A DNA stretch of 60,638 nt from Pseudomonadota bacterium (GCA_027618305.1 JAQCFD010000001.1:1-60638), one strand, 5' to 3'. Counted from the stretch's first letter, positions 40,035 through 50,577 are shown. Notes: a model not told the origin generated them from the sequence alone. Numbers and translations: made by a program.

Positions 40035-40439
40035 ATGAGTGAACAGGTTAGTTCCGCAGAATTGTTGAAGTTGACGGCCGATATTGTCGCCGCACATGTA
40101 TCAAACAACAAACTGTCGGCAAGTGATTTGCCCCAGTTGATTGCGCAGGTGCATGCCAGCCTCAGCGACACCGGCAGCACGGCGAGCGCACAACAGCGTC
40201 CGGCCCCGGCGGTGCCGATCAAGAAATCCGTGACGGCGGATTTTATCGTCTGTCTTGAGGATGGAAAGAAGCTGAAGATGCTGAAGCGGCATCTCAAGAC
40301 TTCCTATGACATGACTCCGGAACAATATCGCGAGCGTTGGGGTCTGGCCGCTGACTACCCCATGGTCGCGCCGAACTATGCCAAGAAGCGCAGCCAGCTG
40401 GCGAAAAAGATCGGCCTGGGAAAACGCGGCATGAAATAG
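40035..40439 (+). CDS. mucR: MucR/Ros-family transcriptional regulator
   Basis: 134 aa. Ros/MucR zinc-finger region IVCLEDGKKLKMLKRHLKTSYDMTPEQYRERWGL. AT-rich upstream region. Confidence 0.9.
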   Translation: MSEQVSSAELLKLTADIVAAHVSNNKLSASDLPQLIAQVHASLSDTGSTASAQQRPAPAVPIKKSVTADFIVCLEDGKKLKMLKRHLKTSYDMTPEQYRERWGLAADYPMVAPNYAKKRSQLAKKIGLGKRGMK

Positions 40440-40519
40440 CCTCGGTATTGCAGCGGCATGTTCGCCGTGACGCGATATTTGGCCTATATTGTGCGCGTGA
40501 GTATTTCTGAACCAGAGAG

Positions 40520-40987
40520 TTGGTCGACCGGTCGGGGGTGGGCGTGAGCGCGAACAAGTCGTCGAGGATCGAACAGCTGTGCACGGACCGTGGACTTAAG
40601 CTGACCGAGCAGCGCCGCACGATCGCGCGGGTGTTGTCGGAGGCGGAGGATCACCCCGATGTGGATCAGGTCTACCGCCGGGCCACCCTGCTCGACTCGC
40701 GCATTTCGATTGCCACGGTCTACCGGACGGTGCGCCTGTTCGAAGAGGCCAACATCCTTGAGAAGCATGATTTCGGTGATGGCCGGGCGCGCTATGAAGA
40801 GGCACATGACGATCACCATGATCATCTGATCGATGTGAAAACCGGCAAGGTGATCGAGTTTTTCAACGAAGAGATCGAAGCCCTGAAAACGAAGATCGCG
40901 CGCGATCATGGTTATGAGCTCATCGATCACCGGCTTGAGCTGTTCGCAACGCCGATTCAGTCCGTGGACGATGACGGCACCGATTGA
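40520..40987 (+). CDS. fur: Fur-family metalloregulator (Fur/Mur type without CxxC)
   Basis: LTEQRRTIARVL...HPDVDQVYRR...ISIATVYRTVRLFEE...HHDHLIDVKTGKVIEF...HRLELF closely resembles rhizobial Fur/Mur as I recall it. The true start is probably GTG 40538 or 40544. Confidence 0.88.
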   Translation: MVDRSGVGVSANKSSRIEQLCTDRGLKLTEQRRTIARVLSEAEDHPDVDQVYRRATLLDSRISIATVYRTVRLFEEANILEKHDFGDGRARYEEAHDDHHDHLIDVKTGKVIEFFNEEIEALKTKIARDHGYELIDHRLELFATPIQSVDDDGTD

Positions 40988-41021
40988 CGGGCCGTCGCGA
41001 ACCCATGCGGGGGAAATCCGA

Positions 41022-41909
41022 ATGAACGACCTCCCCGATGGTGACGGCAGCGTTTCGACACCCGGGGGTGCCGAGCGTCTCGGGATGGCGCTGGCGTCGC
41101 TCGGTTCCGGTTCGCTCGTGGCTCGCCTCGCCCGGGATGAAGACGACATCTTGGCGGCGCAGGCGCTGCGATACCGCGTGTTCTACGATGAGATGAAAGC
41201 GAAGCCGGACGCGGAGGCGGCGCGGCTTCGACGCGACATCGACCCCTTTGACAGCGCGTGTGAGCACTTGCTTGTGTGTGACACCGACCGTGGACAGGGC
41301 GCGGATTCGATCATCGCAACCTACCGTTTGTTGCGTGGAGACAATGCCCGAAAACTCGGGCGTTTCTATTCCGCGGGCGAATATGACATCTCCCCGCTCA
41401 TGGATTATTCCGGCGAGGTGCTTGAGCTTGGCCGCTCATGCGTCGATCAGGATTATCGCGGCCGGCCGACCATGCAACTGCTCTGGGCGGCGATTGCCCA
41501 GTTTGTTTTTCATTACGATATTTCCTTGATGTTCGGCTGCGCCAGCTTGCACGGCGTCGAGCCCGAAAGTCTCGCCCTGCCACTCAGCTATCTGCACCAT
41601 TTCCATCTGGCGCCAGCGGACATGCGCCCGGTGGCGCTGCCGGACCTGCACGTCGACATGGACTTTCTGCCGGTCGACGAGATCGACAAAAAGGCGGCGT
41701 TGACGGCGTTGCCGCCGCTGCTGAAGGGGTATCTCCGGCTCGGCGGGTTCGTGGGTGACGGCGCCGTGGTGGACCACCAATTCAACACCACGGACGTCTG
41801 CATCGTGGTCAAAACCGACCAGGTGACCGGGAAATATTACCGGCATTACGGGCGTGACCGGGTGCCGGACGAGGGTGGGTCGGGTGACGATGCCGGGGGC
41901 GGTGCGTGA
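41022..41909 (+). CDS. olsB: Ornithine-acyl-ACP N-acyltransferase OlsB-like GNAT
   Basis: Within ORF 40908..41909. Start moved to MNDLPDGDG (ATG 41022, GGGGGA upstream). Segments ILAAQALRYRVFYDEM and VLELGRSCVDQDYRG fit the OlsB family. Confidence 0.8.
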   Translation: MNDLPDGDGSVSTPGGAERLGMALASLGSGSLVARLARDEDDILAAQALRYRVFYDEMKAKPDAEAARLRRDIDPFDSACEHLLVCDTDRGQGADSIIATYRLLRGDNARKLGRFYSAGEYDISPLMDYSGEVLELGRSCVDQDYRGRPTMQLLWAAIAQFVFHYDISLMFGCASLHGVEPESLALPLSYLHHFHLAPADMRPVALPDLHVDMDFLPVDEIDKKAALTALPPLLKGYLRLGGFVGDGAVVDHQFNTTDVCIVVKTDQVTGKYYRHYGRDRVPDEGGSGDDAGGGA

Positions 41910-42862
41910 GCGAGGCGACCATTCACAATGCCCGCATAACGGCCGCCGCACGGGCGTTTGTATATGTGCTTTTCACGCTGGCGCTGATTCCCGTACAGGC
42001 GGTGGCGCTTTTGCTGCGGCTACCGTTATCGCGGCGAATCCCGCTGTGGTACCATCGGTTTTGCTGCAGACTCCTGGGGATTCGGCTTGAGGTGTTCGGG
42101 CGCCGGTCGCGCACCCGCCCGACATTGTTTGTCGCCAATCACACATCCTATCTCGACATTTCGATCTATGGGGCGCTGATCCCCGGGTCTTTCGTGGCCA
42201 AATCCGAGGTGGCTGAATGGCCGCTGTTCGGGCTTCTGGCGAAGCTGCAGCGGTCGGTCTTCGTTGACCGCCGGGTCCGCTCCTCGCACCTGCAGGCAAC
42301 GGCGCTCGGGCAGCGCCTCGAGGCGGGCGACAGCATGATCCTGTTTCCCGAGGGCACCAGCGACGACGGCAATCACATCCTGCCCTTCAAAAGCGCGCTC
42401 CTGTCTGTCGCCGAGTTCCGCGCGAAGGGGGAGCCGCTCACGGTGCAGCCGGTGTCGCTGACCTATTCGCGGCTCGACGGCGTGCCCATCGGCCGCCACT
42501 TGCGGCCATTCTGTGCCTGGTATGGCGATATGGACCTGTTCAGCCATGCCGCCGAACTCCTGGGGCTCGGGCGGCTGACCGTGACGGTCTCGTTCCATCC
42601 GCCCGTGACAATCGATCAGTTCGGATCGCGCAAGGCGTTGGCGCAACACTGTTATGAGCAAATCCGGCGCAGCCATTCGGACGCATTGTCCGGCCGGATC
42701 CAGCCGAAAGTCGGCGCGGCGGACAAGTGGGACTGGATTCGATGGCGCCTGCGCCCGCGTTTGAATGATCTCAAGGGTTTGCGGCGCGCCAAGAAAGGCT
42801 TTGCGAGCCCGCGCGAGAAACGTGATTCGGCGCGGGTTGACACAAAGTCGGCGAAGGCTTAG
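41906..42862 (+). CDS. olsA: Lyso-ornithine lipid O-acyltransferase OlsA-like (PlsC family)
   Basis: The GTG start overlaps the olsB stop (GTGA). Acyltransferase motifs NHTSYLD (HX4D) and FPEGTS. Confidence 0.8.
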   Translation: MSEATIHNARITAAARAFVYVLFTLALIPVQAVALLLRLPLSRRIPLWYHRFCCRLLGIRLEVFGRRSRTRPTLFVANHTSYLDISIYGALIPGSFVAKSEVAEWPLFGLLAKLQRSVFVDRRVRSSHLQATALGQRLEAGDSMILFPEGTSDDGNHILPFKSALLSVAEFRAKGEPLTVQPVSLTYSRLDGVPIGRHLRPFCAWYGDMDLFSHAAELLGLGRLTVTVSFHPPVTIDQFGSRKALAQHCYEQIRRSHSDALSGRIQPKVGAADKWDWIRWRLRPRLNDLKGLRRAKKGFASPREKRDSARVDTKSAKA

Positions 42863-42960
42863 GTGTGAGATTATTGATAAATAACAAAGTGTTGGCGGCA
42901 GTAATAGAGGCATGTATGCCTTCCGAAACTGCCTTCGCACCGCAAACGGCGTAAGGGCCC

Positions 42961-44379
42961 TTGGCCAAAAAGCTCTTCATCAAAACCTATGGTTGCCAGA
43001 TGAACGTCTACGATTCCGCACGCATGGCGGAAATCCTGGCGCCGCTTGGCTATGTCCCCGGGGATAATCCCGAGGACGCGGATATGGTGATTCTCAACAC
43101 CTGCCATATTCGTGAGAAGGCAAGCGACAAGGTCTATTCGGAGCTCGGACGTCTGCGCAAGTCCAAGGACCGTCGGGCCGAAGAGGGTTCACCCATGGTC
43201 ATCGCTGTCGCCGGATGCGTCGCGCAGGCCGAGGGTGAGGAGATGCTGCGGCGCGCGCCCTATGTTGACATTGTCCTGGGCCCGCAAACCTATCACCGGT
43301 TGCCGGAGATGGTGGCGCGTGCTCATCGCGCCGGCAGCGGGGCGGGGAAGGACGGCGAAGCGCCGAACCAGCGCGGCGTCCTCGACACCGAATTCCCGGT
43401 CGACAGCAAATTCGACCACCTGCCCGAACGCCGGCAGGTGAACGGCGTGTCTGCCTTCCTGTCGATTCAGGAAGGCTGCGACAAATTCTGCACCTTCTGC
43501 GTGGTGCCCTATACCCGTGGCGCGGAATTCTCTCGACCGGTTGCGCAAGTGCTGGAAGAGGCGCGGCAATTGGTTGATGGCGGCGTCCGCGAGCTCACCC
43601 TATTGGGTCAGAACGTCAACGCCTATCACGGCGAGGACGAGGCCGGTGATGAGGTCGGACTGGGTGCTTTGGTCGCGCGGATCGCGGCGCTCGAGGGGGT
43701 GGCGCGCATTCGATACACGACCAGCCATCCGCGCGATGTCGACGATGCGCTGATTGCGGCTCATGGAAATATCGACGCGCTGATGCCGTTTCTCCACCTG
43801 CCGGTACAGTCGGGCAGTGACCGAATTCTCGAGGCGATGAATCGCGGTCATGACGTCGCGCAATATCTGGACACCGTGGCGCGTTTGCGCGCGGCGCGGC
43901 CGGACCTGGCCCTCAGTTGTGATTTCATCGTCGGGTTTCCCGGCGAGAGCGACGCGGATTTCGAGGCCACACTCGAGCTCGTGCGCACCGTGGGTTTCAC
44001 AATGGCCTACTCGTTCAAATACAGCGCGCGTCCGGGAACGCCGGCGGCGGGACTGCCGCGCCAGGTGCCGGAAGAGGTCAAGGATGAACGCCTCGCGCGT
44101 CTCCAGGCCTTGCTCGAAGAACAGCAACAGGCCTTCAACGCCGAAACGGTGGGACGCACGCTGGACATATTGTTCGAGCGCCCGGGCCGCCACCCGGGCC
44201 AGCTGGTCGGGCGGAGTCCCTACAATCAGGCTGTACATGTGGCGACGACCGAATACCGGGTCGGCGACATTGCGAAGGTTGCCATCGACTCGTGCAAGCC
44301 GCACAGTCTCGAGGGGCGTATTGTTGGCTCCGGTGCCGCGCATCTGCGCGAAGACTCCGAGGAGAGGTTGCGCGCTTGA
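42961..44379 (+). CDS. miaB: tRNA-i6A37 methylthiotransferase MiaB
   Basis: UPF0004 N-domain ([10 protein letters not shown]), radical-SAM CDKFCTFC, and a TRAM C-terminus. Confidence 0.95.
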   Translation: MAKKLFIKTYGCQMNVYDSARMAEILAPLGYVPGDNPEDADMVILNTCHIREKASDKVYSELGRLRKSKDRRAEEGSPMVIAVAGCVAQAEGEEMLRRAPYVDIVLGPQTYHRLPEMVARAHRAGSGAGKDGEAPNQRGVLDTEFPVDSKFDHLPERRQVNGVSAFLSIQEGCDKFCTFCVVPYTRGAEFSRPVAQVLEEARQLVDGGVRELTLLGQNVNAYHGEDEAGDEVGLGALVARIAALEGVARIRYTTSHPRDVDDALIAAHGNIDALMPFLHLPVQSGSDRILEAMNRGHDVAQYLDTVARLRAARPDLALSCDFIVGFPGESDADFEATLELVRTVGFTMAYSFKYSARPGTPAAGLPRQVPEEVKDERLARLQALLEEQQQAFNAETVGRTLDILFERPGRHPGQLVGRSPYNQAVHVATTEYRVGDIAKVAIDSCKPHSLEGRIVGSGAAHLREDSEERLRA

Positions 44380-45383
44380 CATCGACTGACGTGGCTGCCG
44401 GTGAAACGGTGCAGATACGGTTCGACGACAATACGCTTCTCCCGGCTCTGTTCGGGCAACACGATGAGCACCTGCTGCAGATCGAGCAGCTGCTCGACGT
44501 GACCCTGCGCTATCGTGGGAACCAGCTGGAGATTCAGGGCCCGGAAACAGCTCGCGGGATCGCCGACCGGGTGATCGCAGACCTCTATGCGCTCCTCAAG
44601 GGCGGTCAGGAAGTCGCGCCGGCGGATGTGCAGGCCGCCGTTCGTATGGCCGCGGCCGGAAATCAGGGCGATAGCCGGATTGCCATTCGGACGCGCAAAC
44701 GCACGATTACCCCGCGGAACCCGATGCAGGCCCGGTACCTCGAGGCGCTGAGCGAGTCAGATCTGACATTCGGGCTCGGCCCGGCCGGCACCGGTAAGAC
44801 ATATTTGGCCGTGGCGATGGCGGTCACGGAGTTGATCCAGGGCAAAGTGGATCGGTTGATCCTTTCGCGTCCGGCCGTCGAGGCGGGCGAACGCCTCGGG
44901 TTTTTACCGGGCGATTTGCAGGAGAAGATCGATCCCTATCTGCGGCCTCTTTACGACGCGCTGTATGACATGCTGCCGGGCGATCAGGTTGCCAAGCGCC
45001 TGAGCGGCGGCGAGATCGAGGTCGCGCCGCTGGCCTTCATGCGCGGACGCACCCTGTCACGCGCCTTCATTATTCTGGACGAAGCGCAAAATACCTCGGC
45101 CATGCAGATGAAAATGTTTCTGACGCGTCTTGGTGAAGGTTCCCGCATGGCCGTGACGGGTGACATGAGCCAGATCGATCTGCCGAGCGGAACCCGGTCC
45201 GGACTGGCCGATGCGCTGGATGTTCTCGATGGCGTGAACGGGGTGCGGACTGTGCGCTTCGGCGAGTCCGATGTGGTGCGCCACTCGATGGTCACCCGAA
45301 TTGTGACCGCCTATAACGCCCGCGACAGACTGAAAAGCTCCGGTGACGGCGACGATCACGGCGGTACGGATCGCAATCGATGA
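44376..45383 (+). CDS. ybeZ: PhoH-family ATPase (YbeZ)
   Basis: Within ORF 44292..45383. Start moved to TTG 44376, which overlaps the miaB stop and is preceded by GGAGAGG. Walker [10 protein letters not shown]. Confidence 0.9.
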   Translation: MTSTDVAAGETVQIRFDDNTLLPALFGQHDEHLLQIEQLLDVTLRYRGNQLEIQGPETARGIADRVIADLYALLKGGQEVAPADVQAAVRMAAAGNQGDSRIAIRTRKRTITPRNPMQARYLEALSESDLTFGLGPAGTGKTYLAVAMAVTELIQGKVDRLILSRPAVEAGERLGFLPGDLQEKIDPYLRPLYDALYDMLPGDQVAKRLSGGEIEVAPLAFMRGRTLSRAFIILDEAQNTSAMQMKMFLTRLGEGSRMAVTGDMSQIDLPSGTRSGLADALDVLDGVNGVRTVRFGESDVVRHSMVTRIVTAYNARDRLKSSGDGDDHGGTDRNR

Positions 45384-45910
45384 CCGACAAAGGTGACGGC
45401 GAGATTGTCGTGATTGTGGATGTTGTGAGCCCGAACTGGGGGGCGGCAGAGCGGGATCTCGAAGCCATCGTGGTCACCGCTGTACGCGCGGCCATGGACG
45501 GGGCGCACACGGTGTTTGCCGGCGGTGTCGAACTTGGCGTGCGCTTGACCGATGACGCGGAAATCCGAAGCCTGAACCGTGACTGGCGCGATCGCGACGT
45601 GGCGACAAACGTGTTGTCATTCGCACTGGATGATTCGCCGGGTGATTCCACCCCGGCGAAGGGTCCGCTAATCGGTGCGACCATGTTGGGTGATGTCGTG
45701 GTGGCCTACGAGACTTGTGCCGCCGAGGCAGTGGATCAGGGCAAGTCGCTGACCCATCATCTGAGCCATCTGGTCGTACATGGCACCTTGCATCTGCTCG
45801 GCTTTGATCATGAAGCGGATGATGACGCCGAGACCATGGAAGCGCTTGAGCGCGAGGTGCTCGCTCGAATCGGGGTGCCCGACCCGTATCTGGGCAGCGA
45901 AGCCGCGTGA
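45380..45910 (+). CDS. ybeY: rRNA maturation endoribonuclease YbeY
   Basis: HGTLHLLGFDH zinc motif. ATGA overlap with the upstream gene. Confidence 0.93.
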   Translation: MTDKGDGEIVVIVDVVSPNWGAAERDLEAIVVTAVRAAMDGAHTVFAGGVELGVRLTDDAEIRSLNRDWRDRDVATNVLSFALDDSPGDSTPAKGPLIGATMLGDVVVAYETCAAEAVDQGKSLTHHLSHLVVHGTLHLLGFDHEADDDAETMEALEREVLARIGVPDPYLGSEAA

Positions 45911-45926
45911 CGGATGTATTGACGCC

Positions 45927-46835
45927 ATGACCGACCTTCCACGAAATGACAAACCGGCACCGGGCACGGCGGCAACCGGGCGTGGGCAATTTGCGAGCTG
46001 GCTGCGAGATCTGTTCGGCGGCCGGAACGGTGAAAATTCCGTGCGCGAGACAATCGGTGAGTTGATCGAGGATACCGACGCCACCGAGACTCCGATCAAC
46101 GCCGACGAAAGCGCGCTGATCTCCAACATCCTCAAGCTGCATGACCTGACGGCTGAAGACGTAATGATTCCGCGCGCCGATATCGTTGCCGCGGATCAGG
46201 AGTGCGGGGTTGAAGCCCTCGCAGACCTGATGACGCAGGAGGCGCATTCGAGAATTCCTGTCTACGTCTCACATCTCGATAAGGTGGTCGGGTTCGTCCA
46301 CATCAAGGATGTCCTCGCGACCATGCGCAGCAGCCCGCGTCTGGCGGTCCGCGAGCTGACGCGTGAGATTCTGTTTGCCGCGCCCTCGATCCGGGTGCTC
46401 GATCTGTTGCTGGAGATGCGGGCCCAGCGGACCCATATGGCGATCGTGGTGGACGAGTTTGGTGGCGTCGACGGGCTGGTGACGATCGAGGACCTGGTCG
46501 AGGAAATTGTCGGCGAGATCGAAGATGAGCACGACGAGGATGATCCGCTGATCATTCGCGATCCGGATGGTTCGGTCCTGGCGGATGCACGGGCCGAGAT
46601 CGAGGAACTCGAATCCATGATTGGCGCCTTCGTGACCGATGACGAACGCGAGGAAATCGATACGCTGGGGGGCGTCGTGTTTTCGCTCGTTGATCGGGTG
46701 CCGCGGCGCAGTGAGGTCGTCACCCATGCGTCGGGCGTCGAGTTTGTGGTGGTCGACGCCGACGCGCGTCGAATCAAGCGATTGCGGGTCCGTGACCTGC
46801 GGCCGGTAGACCCGGTGGAAGCCGAATCCCGATGA
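45927..46835 (+). CDS. corC: CBS-pair / CorC_HlyC hemolysin-family protein (CorC/TlyC)
   Basis: Within ORF 45780..46835. Start moved to MTDLPRNDK (ATG 45927). CBS pair, then the transporter-associated C-terminal domain. Confidence 0.88.
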   Translation: MTDLPRNDKPAPGTAATGRGQFASWLRDLFGGRNGENSVRETIGELIEDTDATETPINADESALISNILKLHDLTAEDVMIPRADIVAADQECGVEALADLMTQEAHSRIPVYVSHLDKVVGFVHIKDVLATMRSSPRLAVRELTREILFAAPSIRVLDLLLEMRAQRTHMAIVVDEFGGVDGLVTIEDLVEEIVGEIEDEHDEDDPLIIRDPDGSVLADARAEIEELESMIGAFVTDDEREEIDTLGGVVFSLVDRVPRRSEVVTHASGVEFVVVDADARRIKRLRVRDLRPVDPVEAESR

Positions 46836-46850
46836 CGGCCTCGCGCCCCC

Positions 46851-48422
46851 ATGTTGACGATTTTCGCTGAGCGCTTGCGCGCGCAGAGCGGCTGGCGTCG
46901 CGCCGCAATAGGCCTGTTGCTGGGCGCGGTTTCCGCCTTGGCATTACCGCCCTTTCACATCGTGCCGCTGCTGGTGCCGGCCTTCGTTGGCTTGCTGTGG
47001 ATTCTCGAAGGTGCGGACGCGGCTCCGAAACGCATCCGGCTCGGATTGTGGGTCGGGTTCTGTTTCGGATTCGGACATTTCATCGTCGGCGTGCACTGGA
47101 TCGCCGAGCCTTTGCTCGTGGACCCGGTGCGGACGGCATGGTTGATTCCGTTTGCCCTTCCGGGGCTCGCGGCGGCGTTGGCTGCGTTCCCGGCGCTGAC
47201 CTGTGGCGCGCTTATGGCCCTGCCGCTGCGCGCGTCGCCGATCGCGCGGGTCTTCGCGTTGGCGGCCCTCTGGACAATGGCCGAATTCCTTCGCGGCACT
47301 GTCCTCACCGGGTTTCCGTGGAACCTCATGGGATATGTCTGGGCCGGCGCGCCATCGATGATGCAGATCACGGCGGTGGTGGGTGTTCTGGGCCTGAGTG
47401 CGTTGACGGTTCTTGCCGCCGGCATGCCGGCGATACTTGCCGCGGGCGGCGCAAACGTTACGCGTCGCCGTGGCCTTGCCGCGGCCGCGACGATCATGCT
47501 GCCGCTGGCAGTGTGGGCCGGCGGGCAGGCGCGGCTTGCGGCCGCCGCCGACGTGGCGCTGGTGCCCGACGTGCAATTGCGGATTGTTCAGGCGAACATC
47601 GCCCAGCGCGACAAATGGAATCAGAATTTTCGTGCGGCTCATCTGGCGCGCCACCTGGCGCTCAGCCGAATGCCGGCCGAGATTTCGCCCACCCATGTTA
47701 TTTGGCCGGAAACTGCGGTGCCGTTCCTTTTGGCGAATGATGTGTCGGCCCGCATTCGCAGTGCCGCCGCGGCCCCGCCGGGCGGCGTCCTGATCACGGG
47801 GTCGGTGCGCCGCAGCTTTCACAATGACACCCAGCAACTGCGCAACGCGCTGTTGGTGATCGACGCCGCCGCCGATGTACAGCGGGTCTATGACAAATCC
47901 CACCTCGTGCCGTTTGGCGAGTATGTGCCACTGCGCGGGGGGTTGCCGATCGACAAGATCGTGCCGGGGCAAGGCGACTTTGTCGCCGGCGAGGGCCGCC
48001 GGTTGCTTGAGATATCCGGGCTACCGTTGGTGAGTCCGTTAATCTGTTACGAGGCAATTTTTTCGGGCCGCGTGACGCCGCGGGGCGCGCGGCCGGGCCT
48101 GCTTATGAATCTGACCAACGATGCCTGGTTCGGTACATTTGCCGGTCCGCAGCAGCATTTTGCCATCGCCATGACGCGCGCGGTCGAGGAAGGTTTGCCG
48201 ATGGTGCGCGCAGCGAGCACAGGTATTTCGGCCGTCGTGGACCCCTACGGTCGGGTGATTGCCCGGCTCGGCATCGGCGAGCAGGGCATCCTCGACAGCG
48301 GTCTGCCATTGGCATTACCGCCGACTCCCTTTGCGCGTTGGGGTGAGCTGATTCCCATGATCCTGGCGGCAATGTTTGTCGCGCTCGCCCTGGCACTGGC
48401 GTACCGCCGCAAATCCCCTTGA
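46851..48422 (+). CDS. lnt: Apolipoprotein N-acyltransferase
   Basis: N-terminal polytopic region plus a CN-hydrolase domain (VIWPETAVPF, SPLICYEAIF). Confidence 0.9.
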   Translation: MLTIFAERLRAQSGWRRAAIGLLLGAVSALALPPFHIVPLLVPAFVGLLWILEGADAAPKRIRLGLWVGFCFGFGHFIVGVHWIAEPLLVDPVRTAWLIPFALPGLAAALAAFPALTCGALMALPLRASPIARVFALAALWTMAEFLRGTVLTGFPWNLMGYVWAGAPSMMQITAVVGVLGLSALTVLAAGMPAILAAGGANVTRRRGLAAAATIMLPLAVWAGGQARLAAAADVALVPDVQLRIVQANIAQRDKWNQNFRAAHLARHLALSRMPAEISPTHVIWPETAVPFLLANDVSARIRSAAAAPPGGVLITGSVRRSFHNDTQQLRNALLVIDAAADVQRVYDKSHLVPFGEYVPLRGGLPIDKIVPGQGDFVAGEGRRLLEISGLPLVSPLICYEAIFSGRVTPRGARPGLLMNLTNDAWFGTFAGPQQHFAIAMTRAVEEGLPMVRAASTGISAVVDPYGRVIARLGIGEQGILDSGLPLALPPTPFARWGELIPMILAAMFVALALALAYRRKSP

Positions 48423-48556
48423 CGGCCCGGGGGCCCTTCCTGCACAACCGGATTGCCTGGCCGGAGGGGCGCCGGGCCGTTATTCGTAAATTGAACTCGG
48501 AAAAGTTGCGTGGAGCCCGCCGCAGCTGACAATCCGATCGCAGGGAGACCGACCCC
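48423..48556 (+). promoter_or_regulatory. Structured metK 5' leader / promoter region (function unassigned)
   Basis: CGGATTG (about 48449-48455) is complementary to CAATCCG (about 48530-48536). This pair encloses a GGCCGG...CCGGGCC hairpin, an AU-rich linker and an AGTTGCG/CGCAGCT hairpin (7 bp including one G-U). GGGAGA SD before the GTG start. Confidence 0.3.
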
Positions 48557-49723
48557 GTGTCCAAAAGCAGTTATCTCTTTACCAGTGAATCCGTTTCCGA
48601 GGGGCATCCCGACAAGGTGTGCGATCGCATTTCCGACGCCATTGTCGATGCCTTCCTGACCGGCGATCCCCAGAGCCGCGTTGCGGTGGAAACCCTGACC
48701 ACGACAAACCGTATTGTCATGGCGGGCGAGGTGCGCGGCCCGGCAGATATCGATGCGGCCCGCATGGAAGCCATTGCACGCGCGGCGGTGAAGGATATCG
48801 GATACGAGCAGGACGGCTTCCACTGGAAGAACGCGAAGGTCGATTGTTACGTGCATTCCCAGTCGAGCGACATCGCGCAGGGCGTGGATGCGGCCGGGAA
48901 CAAGGACGAGGGCGCGGGCGATCAGGGTCTGATGTTCGGCTATGCCTGCCGCGAGACCGATGTGCTCATGCCGGCCCCGATTCACTATTCACATGCGATT
49001 CTTCGATCGCTTGCCGAGGCGCGGCATTCCGGTGCGGAGTCAGGCCTGGGCCCCGATTCCAAGAGCCAGGTTACCCTGCGCTACGAAGACGGAAAGCCGG
49101 TTGGTGCAACGTCGGTCGTCGTCTCGACCCAACATAACGAGGGGCTGAGCCAGCAAGACGTTCGTGAGATCGTGCGTCCCCATGTGGTCAACATCCTGCC
49201 CGAAGGCTGGATGTGCCCGGAAGAGCAGTTCTACGTGAACCCGACGGGACGGTTCGTCATTGGCGGACCCGACGGTGACGCCGGCCTGACCGGCCGCAAA
49301 ATTATCGTCGACACATATGGCGGTGCGGCACCCCATGGCGGCGGCGCGTTTTCGGGCAAGGACCCAACCAAGGTTGACCGCTCGGCGGCCTATGCGGCGC
49401 GCTATGTGGCGAAGAATGTGGTTGAGGCCAAACTGGCCGACCGCTGCACGATCCAGGTCGCCTATGCGATCGGCGTCTCGCACCCGCTGTCGGTTTACGT
49501 GGACACCTACGGCACCGGCAAGGTTGACGAGGCGGATCTGGCCGCGGCCGTGCAGAAGGCGATGGACCTGACCCCGCGCGGCATTCGCGAGCATCTCGGC
49601 CTGAACAAGCCGATCTATGCGCGCACTGCGGCGTATGGCCATTTCGGTCGTCACCCGGATGCGGATGGCGGGTTCTCCTGGGAAAAGACAGACCTCGTCG
49701 ACGCGCTTCACAACGCGCTGTAA
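48557..49723 (+). CDS. metK: S-adenosylmethionine synthase
   Basis: [13 protein letters not shown] and [16 protein letters not shown] signatures. GTG start. Confidence 0.97.
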   Translation: MSKSSYLFTSESVSEGHPDKVCDRISDAIVDAFLTGDPQSRVAVETLTTTNRIVMAGEVRGPADIDAARMEAIARAAVKDIGYEQDGFHWKNAKVDCYVHSQSSDIAQGVDAAGNKDEGAGDQGLMFGYACRETDVLMPAPIHYSHAILRSLAEARHSGAESGLGPDSKSQVTLRYEDGKPVGATSVVVSTQHNEGLSQQDVREIVRPHVVNILPEGWMCPEEQFYVNPTGRFVIGGPDGDAGLTGRKIIVDTYGGAAPHGGGAFSGKDPTKVDRSAAYAARYVAKNVVEAKLADRCTIQVAYAIGVSHPLSVYVDTYGTGKVDEADLAAAVQKAMDLTPRGIREHLGLNKPIYARTAAYGHFGRHPDADGGFSWEKTDLVDALHNAL

Positions 49724-49733
49724 ACGGGGCGCT

Positions 49734-50456
49734 TTGACCGGGAACGAAACCTCGAATTCCGGCGCCGAAGACCCGCGCTTCCATGGCCGACGCCGCGGCC
49801 GCAAGCTGCGGCCCGGCCAGGAACGCCTGCTCGAGACCTATCTGCCCGAAGTCCGGTTGAACATGCCACCCGATGGCAGCGTCGTGGATCCGACGGTGCT
49901 GTTTCGCGCCGGCATGCGCGAGATCTGGCTGGAGATTGGGTTCGGGGCCGGTGAGCATCTTGCCTGGCAGGCGGCCCGGCACCCGGATGTCGGTATTCTT
50001 GGCGCGGAGCCGTTTCTGAACGGGGTTGCACGCCTGTTGGCCGAGATGGCCGACGGCCGACCTGAAAATATCCTGATCCATCCCGACGATGTGCGCCCCC
50101 TGTTGCCGCGATTTGCCGATGCGGGCCTCGCGCGGGTGTTCATTCTGTTTCCCGACCCCTGGCCGAAGCTGCGTCACAAACGGCGGCGGCTGATCAACAC
50201 ACCGCTGCTCGATACGCTCGCGCGCCTGATGCGCGACGGCGCCGAACTGCGTGTGGCAACGGATGATCAGGATTATCTCGTCTGGATATTGCGTCATCTG
50301 CAGGCACATCCCGATTTTGCCTGGTCGGCGCGCCGCGCCGACGATTGGCGCCACAGGCCCGAGGATTGGCCGGACACGCGCTATGAGGACAAGAATCGCA
50401 GCGGCGGGCCCGGGTCGACATTTTTGCGCTACACACGAAATCCGCGCACCGGCTAA
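49734..50456 (+). CDS. trmB: tRNA (guanine46-N7)-methyltransferase
   Basis: Within ORF 49617..50456. Start moved past the metK stop to in-frame TTG 49734. EIGFGAGEHL SAM-binding motif and FPDPWPK motif. Confidence 0.88.
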   Translation: MTGNETSNSGAEDPRFHGRRRGRKLRPGQERLLETYLPEVRLNMPPDGSVVDPTVLFRAGMREIWLEIGFGAGEHLAWQAARHPDVGILGAEPFLNGVARLLAEMADGRPENILIHPDDVRPLLPRFADAGLARVFILFPDPWPKLRHKRRRLINTPLLDTLARLMRDGAELRVATDDQDYLVWILRHLQAHPDFAWSARRADDWRHRPEDWPDTRYEDKNRSGGPGSTFLRYTRNPRTG

Positions 50457-50577
50457 CGCGCGGGTTGCCTTTTCCGCTTTTTTCCCTATATTCCCGCTCA
50501 ACAAGGCCCAACGTCTGGTGACAGACAGTTCAGGGTGGCCCGGACAACCCGGCGCCGCCCTTTTTGTTACCTGATTT

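Noticed and set aside
42871-42921. AT-rich string GATTATTGATAAATAAC (Fur-box-like) and the AGGCAT-GT-ATGCCT palindrome upstream of miaB
   Set aside because: Alignment to the 19-bp Fur consensus gives only about 6 of 19 matches. The palindrome has a 2-nt spacer, so it is neither a viable hairpin nor a known operator. Short AT-rich inverted repeats are expected by chance in intergenic DNA.
48423-48556. Possibility that the metK leader is a SAM-II or SAM-V riboswitch
   Set aside because: I could not find the UGGCUU loop and the downstream AAAGCU pseudoknot strand that I recall as the conserved core. It is kept only as an unassigned structured leader, and a covariance-model search is needed.
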